In this document: positions 38,922-48,100 of the stretch, piece after piece | Layout: every line of letters begins with the position of its first letter | How positions within the stretch are numbered: the stretch's first letter is position 1 | Source of the DNA: Syntrophales bacterium | GTDB lineage: Bacteria; Desulfobacterota; Syntrophia; Syntrophales; UBA2210 | Reading direction: 5' to 3' | DNA length: 64,000 nt | Assembly (NCBI GenBank): GCA_963666365.2 | Contig: CAXXNF010000001.1 | Span: 288,001 to 352,000 of the forward strand | Notes under the pieces: generated by a model | Told to the model about the DNA's origin: nothing | The model's input: only the letters and a program-made list of their open reading frames with translations | Database searches by the model: none | Position numbers and translations under genes: made by a program

Positions 38922-40853
38922 TTATGCCCCGTGAAAACGAATTGCCATCATAGTGATATCGTCGGTCTGTTCCACGCCATGGGAAAATTCTTTTATTTTC
39001 TCAAGCAGCCCCGACAATAAATCCTTGACCTTCAGGTCACAGGATGCACTGAGCACTTCTTCCAGTCGCGCTTCCGTAAATAGTTCCAACGCATGGTCCA
39101 TGGCCTCGGTTACTCCGTCGGTGTAGAGAACCAGGGTATCCTTTTTGCCCAACGTGAGGAACTTGGATTGGTAGACGAAATCTTCCATCACGCCCAGGGC
39201 CATCCCATGGGTGGTATCGACCCCCTCAAGGGCACCGTTGGCACGGAGTATATAGGGAGGATTGTGCCCGCCATTGCAATAGGCGAGTTCTCCCGTTCTA
39301 ATATCGAGTATCGCCAGGAAGAGGGTGACAAACATGAGAGACGGGTTGTCCATGGAGAGATCGTTGTTGACCTGGTTCAGTATTGAATCGGGCGTGAGGC
39401 CCTTGGCCGCCCTCGTCTTGATCAGTGTTTTGGTGATCGCCATGAAGAGTGATGCAGGCACCCCCTTGCCCGACACATCCCCCACGTGGAAACAGAGATG
39501 GTCATCATCCAGGAAAAAGAAATCGAAGAGGTCTCCCCCGACCTCGCGCGCAGGCTCCAGAATGGCATAGATGTCGAATTCCGGTACGTCCGGGAAGGGG
39601 GGAAAGACTTTGGGAAGAATCCCCATCTGTATATCATGGGCAATGTGAAGCTCGCTTTCAATCCTCTCTTTCGCAGCGGTTGTCTCCGTCAGATCTTTTA
39701 TATGCTGCTGCAGCGAATTCTTCATATGCTCGAAGGAGGCGGCAAGCTCTCCCACTTCATCCTTTGACTTCACAGACGGAATGGCGCTTTCAAGATTCCC
39801 GGTGGCGATAGTATGAGCCGCTTCCGCCAGCAGCCGAAGCGGGCTGGTAATCCTGTGCGCGATCAGGATGATAAGGGCAAAGAGAAAACAGAACCCGGCA
39901 ATTCCGATAATGATGACGGTCCTGTTGAGGTGGGTCACATCCGCCATGAGTTCGTCCTGGGGGAAGAGGACCCCCACCGACCACCCGTTCACCTTTGACG
40001 GAGCATAGACCATCCAGCATTTTTTCCCCGTCACCAGACTTTCAAAAGGAACAAATCCCGAATCTCCACGGATCATCTTCCGTCCCAGTTCACGCAGCGC
40101 TTTATCATTCCTTTCCTCGGCGCGGCTGAATATCGTCTCGTTCATGACAAGGTCTTTATCGGGATGTACCACGAAGGTGCCGTTTCTGGTAATGACGAAG
40201 CCGTACCCTGTCTGGGCGATCTTTATCGATACGATGATTTTTTCAAGCCACGAAAGAGAGATGTCTGCCGTCACGATGCCGCAGAGGCGTCGCTCTCCCC
40301 CCTCGATTCGGTAGAAGGGAACCGAACAGGTGGACATGACGATATTTCCTCCTCCTTCGTCAAAGTAGGGCTCACTCCACACCGTGCGCTCGAGTTCACG
40401 GGGAATTTGATACCAATCCCAGTAGAAATAACTGTAATTTTCCGCGGCGAGATCGGCAAAACGAAGATTCCCCTCGCTGTCTTTATAAAAATAGGGGGCA
40501 TAGCGTTCAACGGAAGGATCAAACCGGTAAGGCTCGAAGGCGATCGTGGCGCCGTAGATCTCGCCGTTGTTTTTCACGACAGAATGGAGCATGGACTTCA
40601 GCTCATCCCCACTGCACTGGGTATTTTCGATGATATAGGCGACATTCTGAGAAACCTTGGCAACGGAATTCAGAATTGTGTCGATCTCATTGACTGTTCT
40701 TCCGGCGAGATTTTTTGCATTTTCTTCAACATACTTTACAATCAGTTTTCGTGAATACAGGTAATTGTATCCGAATATGGCCAGGAAAATGATGGATACC
40801 GCGGCCAGAATAAATGCAGTCAGCTTAAAGGCAATCCCTCGCTTCCCGTTCAT
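38922..40853 (-). CDS. Cache-HAMP-SpoIIE (PP2C/RsbU-like) phosphatase
   Basis: TM, dCache (WYQIP...WSEPYFDEG), TM, HAMP (DEVGELAASF); EVGGDLFD, GDVSGKGVPA, YTDGVTEA, DDITM. Confidence 0.94.
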   Translation of the reverse strand: MNGKRGIAFKLTAFILAAVSIIFLAIFGYNYLYSRKLIVKYVEENAKNLAGRTVNEIDTILNSVAKVSQNVAYIIENTQCSGDELKSMLHSVVKNNGEIYGATIAFEPYRFDPSVERYAPYFYKDSEGNLRFADLAAENYSYFYWDWYQIPRELERTVWSEPYFDEGGGNIVMSTCSVPFYRIEGGERRLCGIVTADISLSWLEKIIVSIKIAQTGYGFVITRNGTFVVHPDKDLVMNETIFSRAEERNDKALRELGRKMIRGDSGFVPFESLVTGKKCWMVYAPSKVNGWSVGVLFPQDELMADVTHLNRTVIIIGIAGFCFLFALIILIAHRITSPLRLLAEAAHTIATGNLESAIPSVKSKDEVGELAASFEHMKNSLQQHIKDLTETTAAKERIESELHIAHDIQMGILPKVFPPFPDVPEFDIYAILEPAREVGGDLFDFFFLDDDHLCFHVGDVSGKGVPASLFMAITKTLIKTRAAKGLTPDSILNQVNNDLSMDNPSLMFVTLFLAILDIRTGELAYCNGGHNPPYILRANGALEGVDTTHGMALGVMEDFVYQSKFLTLGKKDTLVLYTDGVTEAMDHALELFTEARLEEVLSASCDLKVKDLLSGLLEKIKEFSHGVEQTDDITMMAIRFHGA

Positions 40854-41833
40854 TGGAAATGTCCCCGAAAAAAGGAGGTGAATTCAGGTATTGCCTCTAT
40901 CAGACCGCTTTCCTTCAATGACCATCCCACACGATAATAGTCGCCGGCCAACAGTATTCCCAGAGGCGCATCGCCTTCATCCCGCGGCATTGACAGATCT
41001 TCCATCCGATCAAGCATCCACCTTTGGTGCACCCGTGTCGCCGGAATATGTTCCTTTGCAAGATTTCTCATCACGATTCTGAGCGTTTCATCGGGATGCG
41101 CATAGGCGTATCGCCACCCTTCCAGAGAGGCCCTGACAAAAGCCCGACAGAGTTCGGGATGTTTTACGTAGGTCTCTTCAAGAACGTACAGACCGTCCTC
41201 GGGAAAGTTGAGCCCGTGCTCGTGATAAAAGAATGCGGTCAGTTCATCGGGATTTATCCCGCAATTGAGAATGGTGTGGTATTCGTTATACCACATGGCC
41301 GAAGCGACATCCACTCCGTCCCGGAGGAAGAGATTTACCGAATATGATTGATGGACAATGCGTACGTCGAGGTTATATTTCTGAAAAAAGGCCCTTGGCT
41401 GGAGCTGAAAGACCGGCCCCCACAGCCCGACCTTCCTGCCGTTGATATCGGTAACCTGTTCAATGCCGCTCGATTTCTTTGCGACCAGCATCAGGGCAGA
41501 TCGCTGCAATATCTGGGCGATGTTTACTACATTGAGTCCGCCGGCGCGCAATTGAATGCCCGTCGAGAGCCAGAGGGAGGCAAAATCGGCATCTTTCCTT
41601 TCCAGCAGATCCGCAGGAGACCGACCGGGACCGCCGGGAATAATCTCCAGATCGATGCCATTCTTTTCGTAAAAACCTTTTTCAAGTGCTACGTAATAAC
41701 CGGCAAACTGCGCCTGAGGAACCCACTGCGGGATAAAGGAGAGCTTCGTAAGCGAGCCTCCGAGCGCCCAGCCTGGGCAAACAGCAAGGAGCCACAGAAC
41801 CGCCGAAGCTATCAGTGCGGATCTTCTCGTCAC
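40850..41833 (-). CDS. NMT1/THI5-like periplasmic solute-binding protein
   Basis: Signal peptide (probable GTG start at 41833); QWVPQAQFAGYYVALEKGFY...GIDLEIIPGG, MWYNE. Confidence 0.88.
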   Translation of the reverse strand: MTRRSALIASAVLWLLAVCPGWALGGSLTKLSFIPQWVPQAQFAGYYVALEKGFYEKNGIDLEIIPGGPGRSPADLLERKDADFASLWLSTGIQLRAGGLNVVNIAQILQRSALMLVAKKSSGIEQVTDINGRKVGLWGPVFQLQPRAFFQKYNLDVRIVHQSYSVNLFLRDGVDVASAMWYNEYHTILNCGINPDELTAFFYHEHGLNFPEDGLYVLEETYVKHPELCRAFVRASLEGWRYAYAHPDETLRIVMRNLAKEHIPATRVHQRWMLDRMEDLSMPRDEGDAPLGILLAGDYYRVGWSLKESGLIEAIPEFTSFFRGHFQ

Positions 41834-41834
41834 A

Positions 41835-42248
41835 TCATACCCCTTCTTTTGCAAGTGTGAACGTCAGGATATTTTTACCCGCTTCGCGGCGATAGTCTAC
41901 ACCATCAAGGACCTCTTTTATCAGCAGGATGCCGAGTCCGCCTATTTTCCTTTCGTCAATGCCTTGTGTCGTGTCCGGGTCGGTGCGGGCAAGGATATCA
42001 AAGGGCACCCCCTGATCAATGATTTCAACAACAAAATCGTTTTCATGGCGACATTCAAAACGTACTTCAACGGAACCGGTCCCCTGCGGATAGGCATAGC
42101 TTGCAACATTCACCAGTGCCTCTTCCAAAGCGAGTTCGAGCCGCTGCACCTTTTTACGGTCCAATCCAAAAGATTCAGCACCCGCACGAACAGACTCAAC
42201 AAACCGGGGCAAGTTTTCAAGAACCGCCGGAAATGTCAATACTTCCAT
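41835..42248 (-). CDS. Anti-sigma factor Ser/Thr kinase (RsbW-like)
   Basis: LALEEALVNVASYAY, IIDQGVPFD, GGLGILLI. Confidence 0.92.
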   Translation of the reverse strand: MEVLTFPAVLENLPRFVESVRAGAESFGLDRKKVQRLELALEEALVNVASYAYPQGTGSVEVRFECRHENDFVVEIIDQGVPFDILARTDPDTTQGIDERKIGGLGILLIKEVLDGVDYRREAGKNILTFTLAKEGV

Positions 42249-42327
42249 TGATGCCTCCTTGGCTGTAGAGTGTCTCTTCCTACACGAAAGGGATACTCCG
42301 GATGTAGCTCATATGCATCACCACCTG

Positions 42328-42660
42328 TTATAGATCGGCAAGGGCGTCTTCCAGTGAACTATGAATCGGAATGATATTGCTGAATCCCGAAATTTCAAAC
42401 ACTTCTTTTACCATATCGGTGAGCGAGGCAAGCAGAATCTTTCCGGTTTTGGTTTTCAGTTTTTTGGCGACGGTAAGAATACTGCGCAGTCCCGAGCTGC
42501 TTATATATTCAAGATTGCTGCAATCGACAACAAGCAGGGTTTCGTTTTTATCAATCAGGTCGTTCATTTCTTTTTCAAACTCCGGGGACGACAGGGCGTC
42601 CATCCGACCTGAAAGTGAAACAATCATCGCTTTTTCGTCTTTCTTTGTCGTTATATTCAT
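42328..42660 (-). CDS. STAS anti-sigma factor antagonist (RsbV-like)
   Basis: LSGRMD, DCSNLEYISSSGLR (phosphoacceptor Ser region), VFEISGF. Confidence 0.93.
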   Translation of the reverse strand: MNITTKKDEKAMIVSLSGRMDALSSPEFEKEMNDLIDKNETLLVVDCSNLEYISSSGLRSILTVAKKLKTKTGKILLASLTDMVKEVFEISGFSNIIPIHSSLEDALADL

Positions 42661-42822
42661 GAAACCTTCTCCTCCTTACGTGTGGTCAATGTACCTGCAT
42701 CCGGCAGTGCTCGACGGCAAAAAGCTTCCTGCACCGATCTCCCGCAATCATTGAGAAATATCAACAATAATGCAAGAAAATAATTTTCAACGTATCAATG
42801 AATGCCCTGCCGGCATCACTGG

Positions 42823-43578
42823 CTACTTTTCCGCCTTCTCAAGGTCTTCGTCCACGTTGCGGTTGAAATCCAACGTGAGATAATCAAACGTCATGGGCAG
42901 TGAAAGTTCCAGCCTCTGGATAAACTGAATGCCCGCCCGCACCCCCTCAGGTTCACACTCAAGGAGATGACCTCCATGGCGAAGATCGGATGAAAGAAAA
43001 TGTAGGTGCAGTCCCGGCACATTGAGCGACGACATGAACGAGGGGGTAAAGAATCCCGCCAGAACACCTTTTACATTTTCGAAAGAAAATACCGGTTGGT
43101 CGGCGGTTACCTCCACCAGCGGCCGATAGTTCTCCTGTTTAGGGACGGAACGCACCCTGATGCGTCTGAAGAGTCCTTCAATCCGTATCGCATAGAAGAG
43201 ATTGGGCGAAGGCAGAAGACGATCGATCCACTTCAAAAATTCCTTGTGGTCGACCGACTGATCCAGATCGTCATGGGTAAGCGGCTGATAAAAGGTCACA
43301 CATGCAAAGGGCGTCTTTTCAGACTCATCAACCTGGGCGACTGTGCCGTCGCCTTTTATCTGAAAGATTTTCCCGTCAAGCATGATCATCTCGCCGTCCA
43401 GGCGATCGAAGGTGCCGATGCCGAAATCACCGTGTTTTTTAATCTCTCGAAAGGGTATCTTCTCTTCGTAAATACCCTCGACAAGAGCGTTTGCCGGGGC
43501 ACACAAAAAAATGGGACTTTGTTGCCGGATCGTGGTGTCTCCTGATTTCATGTCAGATTTATCGCTTCCTTTCCGCAT
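42823..43578 (-). CDS. budA: Alpha-acetolactate decarboxylase
   Basis: HGDFGIGTFDRLDGEM, TPFACVTF, Zn ligands GLHLHF...GGH. Start may be 43551. Confidence 0.9.
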   Translation of the reverse strand: MRKGSDKSDMKSGDTTIRQQSPIFLCAPANALVEGIYEEKIPFREIKKHGDFGIGTFDRLDGEMIMLDGKIFQIKGDGTVAQVDESEKTPFACVTFYQPLTHDDLDQSVDHKEFLKWIDRLLPSPNLFYAIRIEGLFRRIRVRSVPKQENYRPLVEVTADQPVFSFENVKGVLAGFFTPSFMSSLNVPGLHLHFLSSDLRHGGHLLECEPEGVRAGIQFIQRLELSLPMTFDYLTLDFNRNVDEDLEKAEK

Positions 43579-43581
43579 ACG

Positions 43582-44301
43582 CTAAAAAAATTGGAATAGA
43601 GATTTTGGGATAACACCGGCAAAATCGATGAAATTGACGGCAAAATGGGCGCATATGATGGCCGGGATCGATCGGGTGCATATATAGGCAATCATGAATA
43701 CGGCACCGATTAGCGAGGTGATCACCACCGCGTGCAGGCCGAGGCTCCAGTGAATCAACCCGAAGGCAAGAGCTGATATCAGCACTATGGCAAGAGCGTT
43801 TCGGGTATAGCGGCTGAGGAATCTGTGTACATAGCCGCGGAACACTATCTCTTCGAAAACCCCCACCATAAAGAGGCCGAAGGTCAGGTCTATCCAATCC
43901 CAGAGCGGACTGGTTATCGCCGGCATACCGCCCAGGGCTTTGCACTCGGGAAAGTGCTCGATCAACCGGTAGCCGTTTTGATCTATGAGAGTCCCCACAA
44001 GAGCCACCATTACAAAAACCGCCAGAAATGACGTCACGCTCTGATAGGAAAATCCGAATTCGGAAGGCCGCATCCTCCCGCTTCGAATGAGCCACAGCAC
44101 TATCAGGCACGGAAATAACTTTACTCCGGCATAATCGATAAAAAGCCACCACTGCCAGCTTTTTACGAAGATATTCGCAAAATCGTTGAGATAAAAAGGG
44201 GCCGCCAGGAGAATCAGGGCCATGACGTAGAGCCTGTGATTATTTTTCGACTCCGGATTATTTTGCAAAAAAACCATATCGTCTGCTTTCCACGGTAACA
44301 T
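43582..44301 (-). CDS. CPBP family intramembrane glutamic endopeptidase
   Basis: FEEIVFRG, FGLIH, CAHFAVN; multiple TM segments. Start uncertain. Confidence 0.88.
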   Translation of the reverse strand: MLPWKADDMVFLQNNPESKNNHRLYVMALILLAAPFYLNDFANIFVKSWQWWLFIDYAGVKLFPCLIVLWLIRSGRMRPSEFGFSYQSVTSFLAVFVMVALVGTLIDQNGYRLIEHFPECKALGGMPAITSPLWDWIDLTFGLFMVGVFEEIVFRGYVHRFLSRYTRNALAIVLISALAFGLIHWSLGLHAVVITSLIGAVFMIAYICTRSIPAIICAHFAVNFIDFAGVIPKSLFQFF

Positions 44302-44388
44302 GGACGATTGGAAAAAGTGTACAACGTCGACGTTAAGTAATTCTTTTCAATTTTTCCTACTTTTGCAAACTTTTCACACTTTATTTTA

Positions 44389-44910
44389 TCACAGTGATCC
44401 ATCCAATTCGTCGGCGACGGGTTTCTTGCACACCCGGCATCTCTGAGCTCCTCTGAAAAGCGGATTCCCGCAGGAAGAGCAGTGATACCGCTCGCACTCG
44501 CTTCTCGCCCATTCGATGCTCCCCGCTTCGTCGCCCAGCGCAGCCACCTTTGCTCTCCAGATCGGTATAGTCCGCATCATGACCCTCACACCCGTTGCCA
44601 GCGGGAATTCTTTCACCATGGTGCAAGGCCACTCCTCGCACTGATGGCAGGAATAATACCCCTTCGATCTGACACAGTCCCTCATCGGGCATTCCCGGCA
44701 AAAGCCATAAATTTTATTTGGCGGATCGGACTGCATACATCCAAGGCATTCCGTTTCTTCCGGTTTCGTGCCGTATAGGTTTCCCATAACCTGCTTGAAC
44801 TTCTCATTTCCATCCCGGGTGGCGATATATATGCCACAGGCACCGCAATAAAGCCCACAAGGTGCCATCAGATTTTTATCCCTGATTTCCTCTTTGGTCC
44901 ATCCTCTCAT
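44389..44910 (-). CDS. DUF3795-like Cys-rich protein
   Basis: APCGLYCGAC, CLGC, CPMRDC, SCHQCEEWPC, C-terminal CSSCG...CRVC. Confidence 0.82.
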   Translation of the reverse strand: MRGWTKEEIRDKNLMAPCGLYCGACGIYIATRDGNEKFKQVMGNLYGTKPEETECLGCMQSDPPNKIYGFCRECPMRDCVRSKGYYSCHQCEEWPCTMVKEFPLATGVRVMMRTIPIWRAKVAALGDEAGSIEWARSECERYHCSSCGNPLFRGAQRCRVCKKPVADELDGSL

Positions 44911-45062
44911 TGTTCCCCTCCTTTACCACAGACTGCCGAATGCCATTCAGTTCCCTTTACACTTCCGGGTTCTCCATGCGTCATTTCCACGGGGTATAGT
45001 ACCCGAGAATGCATCTTATCACAAAAGATTGTTTTCAGAAAAAGTCAGCAGCCGGATGAGAA

Positions 45063-45096
45063 CACCAGGGCCTGAAGCGTGTATCAGGCCCCGGTG
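45063..45096 (-). terminator. Hairpin directly downstream of the giant gene
   Basis: CACCAGGGCCTGA-N8-TCAGGCCCCGGTG. Confidence 0.55.
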
Positions 45097-45105
45097 CATT
45101 TCAAA

Positions 45106-48100
45106 TTACGGTCTTAATGAGGCGATTTTTTGCAGAATATAAACAGCCTCCGCCAGACCGATTTTACCGTTCCCGTTCACATCGGCACCGGATGTAACAT
45201 AATCGGGACGTATCCACTCGGAAGGCACCCCCGCCATTACCTTGAGCGCCAGAATGGCATCGGCGAGATCGACCACGGAGTCACCGTTGAGATCCCCCTT
45301 CAGAACGGCCGATTCCTTTGCAAGGATCATCTTTTCGGTGATGGCCCCGCCGAACCCATTCAAATAGACCGGATCGAACACATACCCGGATTTCATCACC
45401 TCGATCCCGACCACATCGCCCGGCGCCACATTCGGCACCAGGAACCTGCCCGAGGCGGAGGTCGTGCTGCCCCCTCCTTCATAGAGCACGCTGTAGGCAG
45501 TCCCGCTTCGGCTCGTCAGCGTGACCGTGGCGCCGCTCAGTGGATTCATCGACTGGTCCATTACCGTGCACCCCAAGAGACCGTTACTGCCGGTCACGCC
45601 AAAACCGGTCATCTCGGCCGCCGTCGCCATGAAGAGGTTGACACCGGAAACGCCCCCCGGCAGATTCGCCGGACCGGCAAAGACCGGCACATAGCCGCTT
45701 GCCGTCACCTTGACATAGAGACAGGCGTCCCTCGGCAGGCCGCCGAAGCTGTAGGACCCGCCACCTGCCGTGGTGGTAAACTTACCCGGATCACCATGCA
45801 GCGCCAGTGTCGCCCCGGAAATGCCTGCTCCGGCAAAGGTCCTGACGGAACCGCTGATCGATGCATCATAACCCGGCGCAGTCCCCCAGATTCTCCCCTG
45901 GGTCACGGCACTCTCCTCGCCACGAAACGTCCGTGTCCAGAAACTCCACCCATCCCTGGCGGCGGTTATGGTCAATCGGTCGCCGGCATCAACATTCAGC
46001 ACGTAAAAATGGCCGTTACCGTAAGTGGCATTGCCGCCCAGAACACCGAAAGGATCGCGGTACACAACGGAATAAGGAACGGCCGGGTGCAGTTCGCTCG
46101 TGGCCGTCACCACCGCTCCGCCCACGGTACCGGCATACCGGTAGGTCAAATCGGAAACGCGGCCCGCAATAAGGGACTTCCCTTCGTCAGGCATTACACC
46201 CATGGCCTCAAGATTTCCTGATGTGAACATGGTGAACGGCGAGGAACCGCCGTAGGCATCACCGTTGATGTACGTATCCGCAGTTAAGGTGATATCTACC
46301 GAATAAAGATCCATATACCCTGTTCGGCTGAACTTCAGTGCGAAGGGCGCATTCGCCGGCACACCGGCAAGGCTGAAAGTGCCGTCCGTCGTGGATGAAG
46401 TCGTCGACGTTGATGCATTACCCGCAAGCGACACCGTCACACCGGGCGCCGCGATCACCGCCCCGTTCCAGTCCCGCACAAACCCGCTTACCGCTACCGT
46501 AGACGCACTGCCGGTGTAGGTAAAGCTGCCGCTCGCAAACGACATGTTCCAGGCGCCGTTTTGTTCGATACCGGTGCTGATCATGTAGGTATAGGTCATG
46601 CCGTGTATCAGTGCCGGACCGTCATAGGAAACTGATGTCTGGGTCCCGGGAATGTTGTAACTGTTCCAGACCCTCGTTCCCGACCCGTCGTTGAGTTCGA
46701 CACCATAGCCGCTGGCACCGGAAATGCCTGTCCATGAAAAATCTGTCAGGCTCGAAATGCTTCCCAATGGCTGGAGGTTCGTGGCAAACTCGGAGACATA
46801 GCCCGCAATGTTTTTCGTCACGGGATCAATGGCATCTCCTCCCGTCTGGGGAGTAAAGGTAAAGGTGAAAGCGGGCCAGCTCAAATCCGGCGTCGCACCG
46901 ATCAGGCATCCCTGGCTGTACCAGTTTCTTCCCTCCTCATTCCAGATCAAATCTATCCCCGAACCGACGTAGGAAGGCCCCGTGACTCTTACGGCGGAGG
47001 CCATATGAAGGGGATCCTGCACATAGAAGCTCACATAATATTTGCCGTCGCTCTGGAAATGCATCGTCTGGACCTGCGCCTGAGGCACCGTCGAGGCAAT
47101 TTTCTCTTCCATGTAGATAAAAGGAAAGAGATCGGGAAAACGCAGGAACTGCCCTTCCGCCAGGGTTTGACCGGTCTCGCCGGTCAGATTCTGCATGCCT
47201 TCACCATTGATGGCGACGGATGCGTAAAGTGTGTTCCCGTTCTCTACGCTCAAATCGAACATGAGGGTCGTCGTGGTCGGATCGAGACCCGTGCGGACGA
47301 TAGGATCGGAGCCCCAGATTTGATTTCCCGAATTCTGAATCTCCCCTTGAATAATCAGCGTATTGTCGGCATAGAGGACACCGTCGCAGTAGCCCTTCAC
47401 CCAGGTGACGGTAATGTGCGCCTCGTTGTACCCGTCGCTGTCACTACCCAGACCCATTTCCAGACGGTAGGCCTTCTGGGCATTCAGATCGATATTGAAA
47501 TTGGCCAGTTCAAGGGAGTAGAACCAGGATGCCGGGTCCGCTCCCGCGGGCAGGGCCTCCGGACTCGAATAGAGGACCGTGACCCCTTCCGCGCCCTCGA
47601 CAGCGGGCTTGATAGTCGCCTTCCCACCCTCCGTGTCCAGCGTGACGTTTGCCGGGGGAAGGCCCGGCGCCTGTCCCCAAAAATAGGTCGTCGCAGTCGA
47701 TTCTCCCGTCGGCTGCGTGACGACATCGGCCAACGACGAAAGATTTATCGCATCGTTCGCAACCGTCCCTGCTGAAAAATCATAAGAGACCTGACGGCCC
47801 GAATCGTCCGAGTAGGAAAGGTGTTTCACATCAACCGAGTAGGGGGCCTGTCCCGTTTCAAGAATCATTTTTTCAGTGACGGCGCCGCCGAATCCGTCGA
47901 GGTATACCGGATTGAAGGCATAGCCCGATGCGGTCGTCTCGATCTTTACCACATCGCCCGGCGCCACATTCGGCACCAGGAACCTGCCCGAGGCGGAGGT
48001 CGTGCTGCCCCCGCCTTCATAGAGCACGCTGTAGGCAGTCCCGCTCCGGCTCGTCAGCGTGACCGTGGCGCCGCTCAGGGGATTCATCGACTGATTCATT

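Noticed and set aside
43582..44301. CPBP protease as sortase for the giant protein
   Set aside because: Neither dockerin-tailed protein has the C-terminal TM plus basic tail such sorting enzymes act on.
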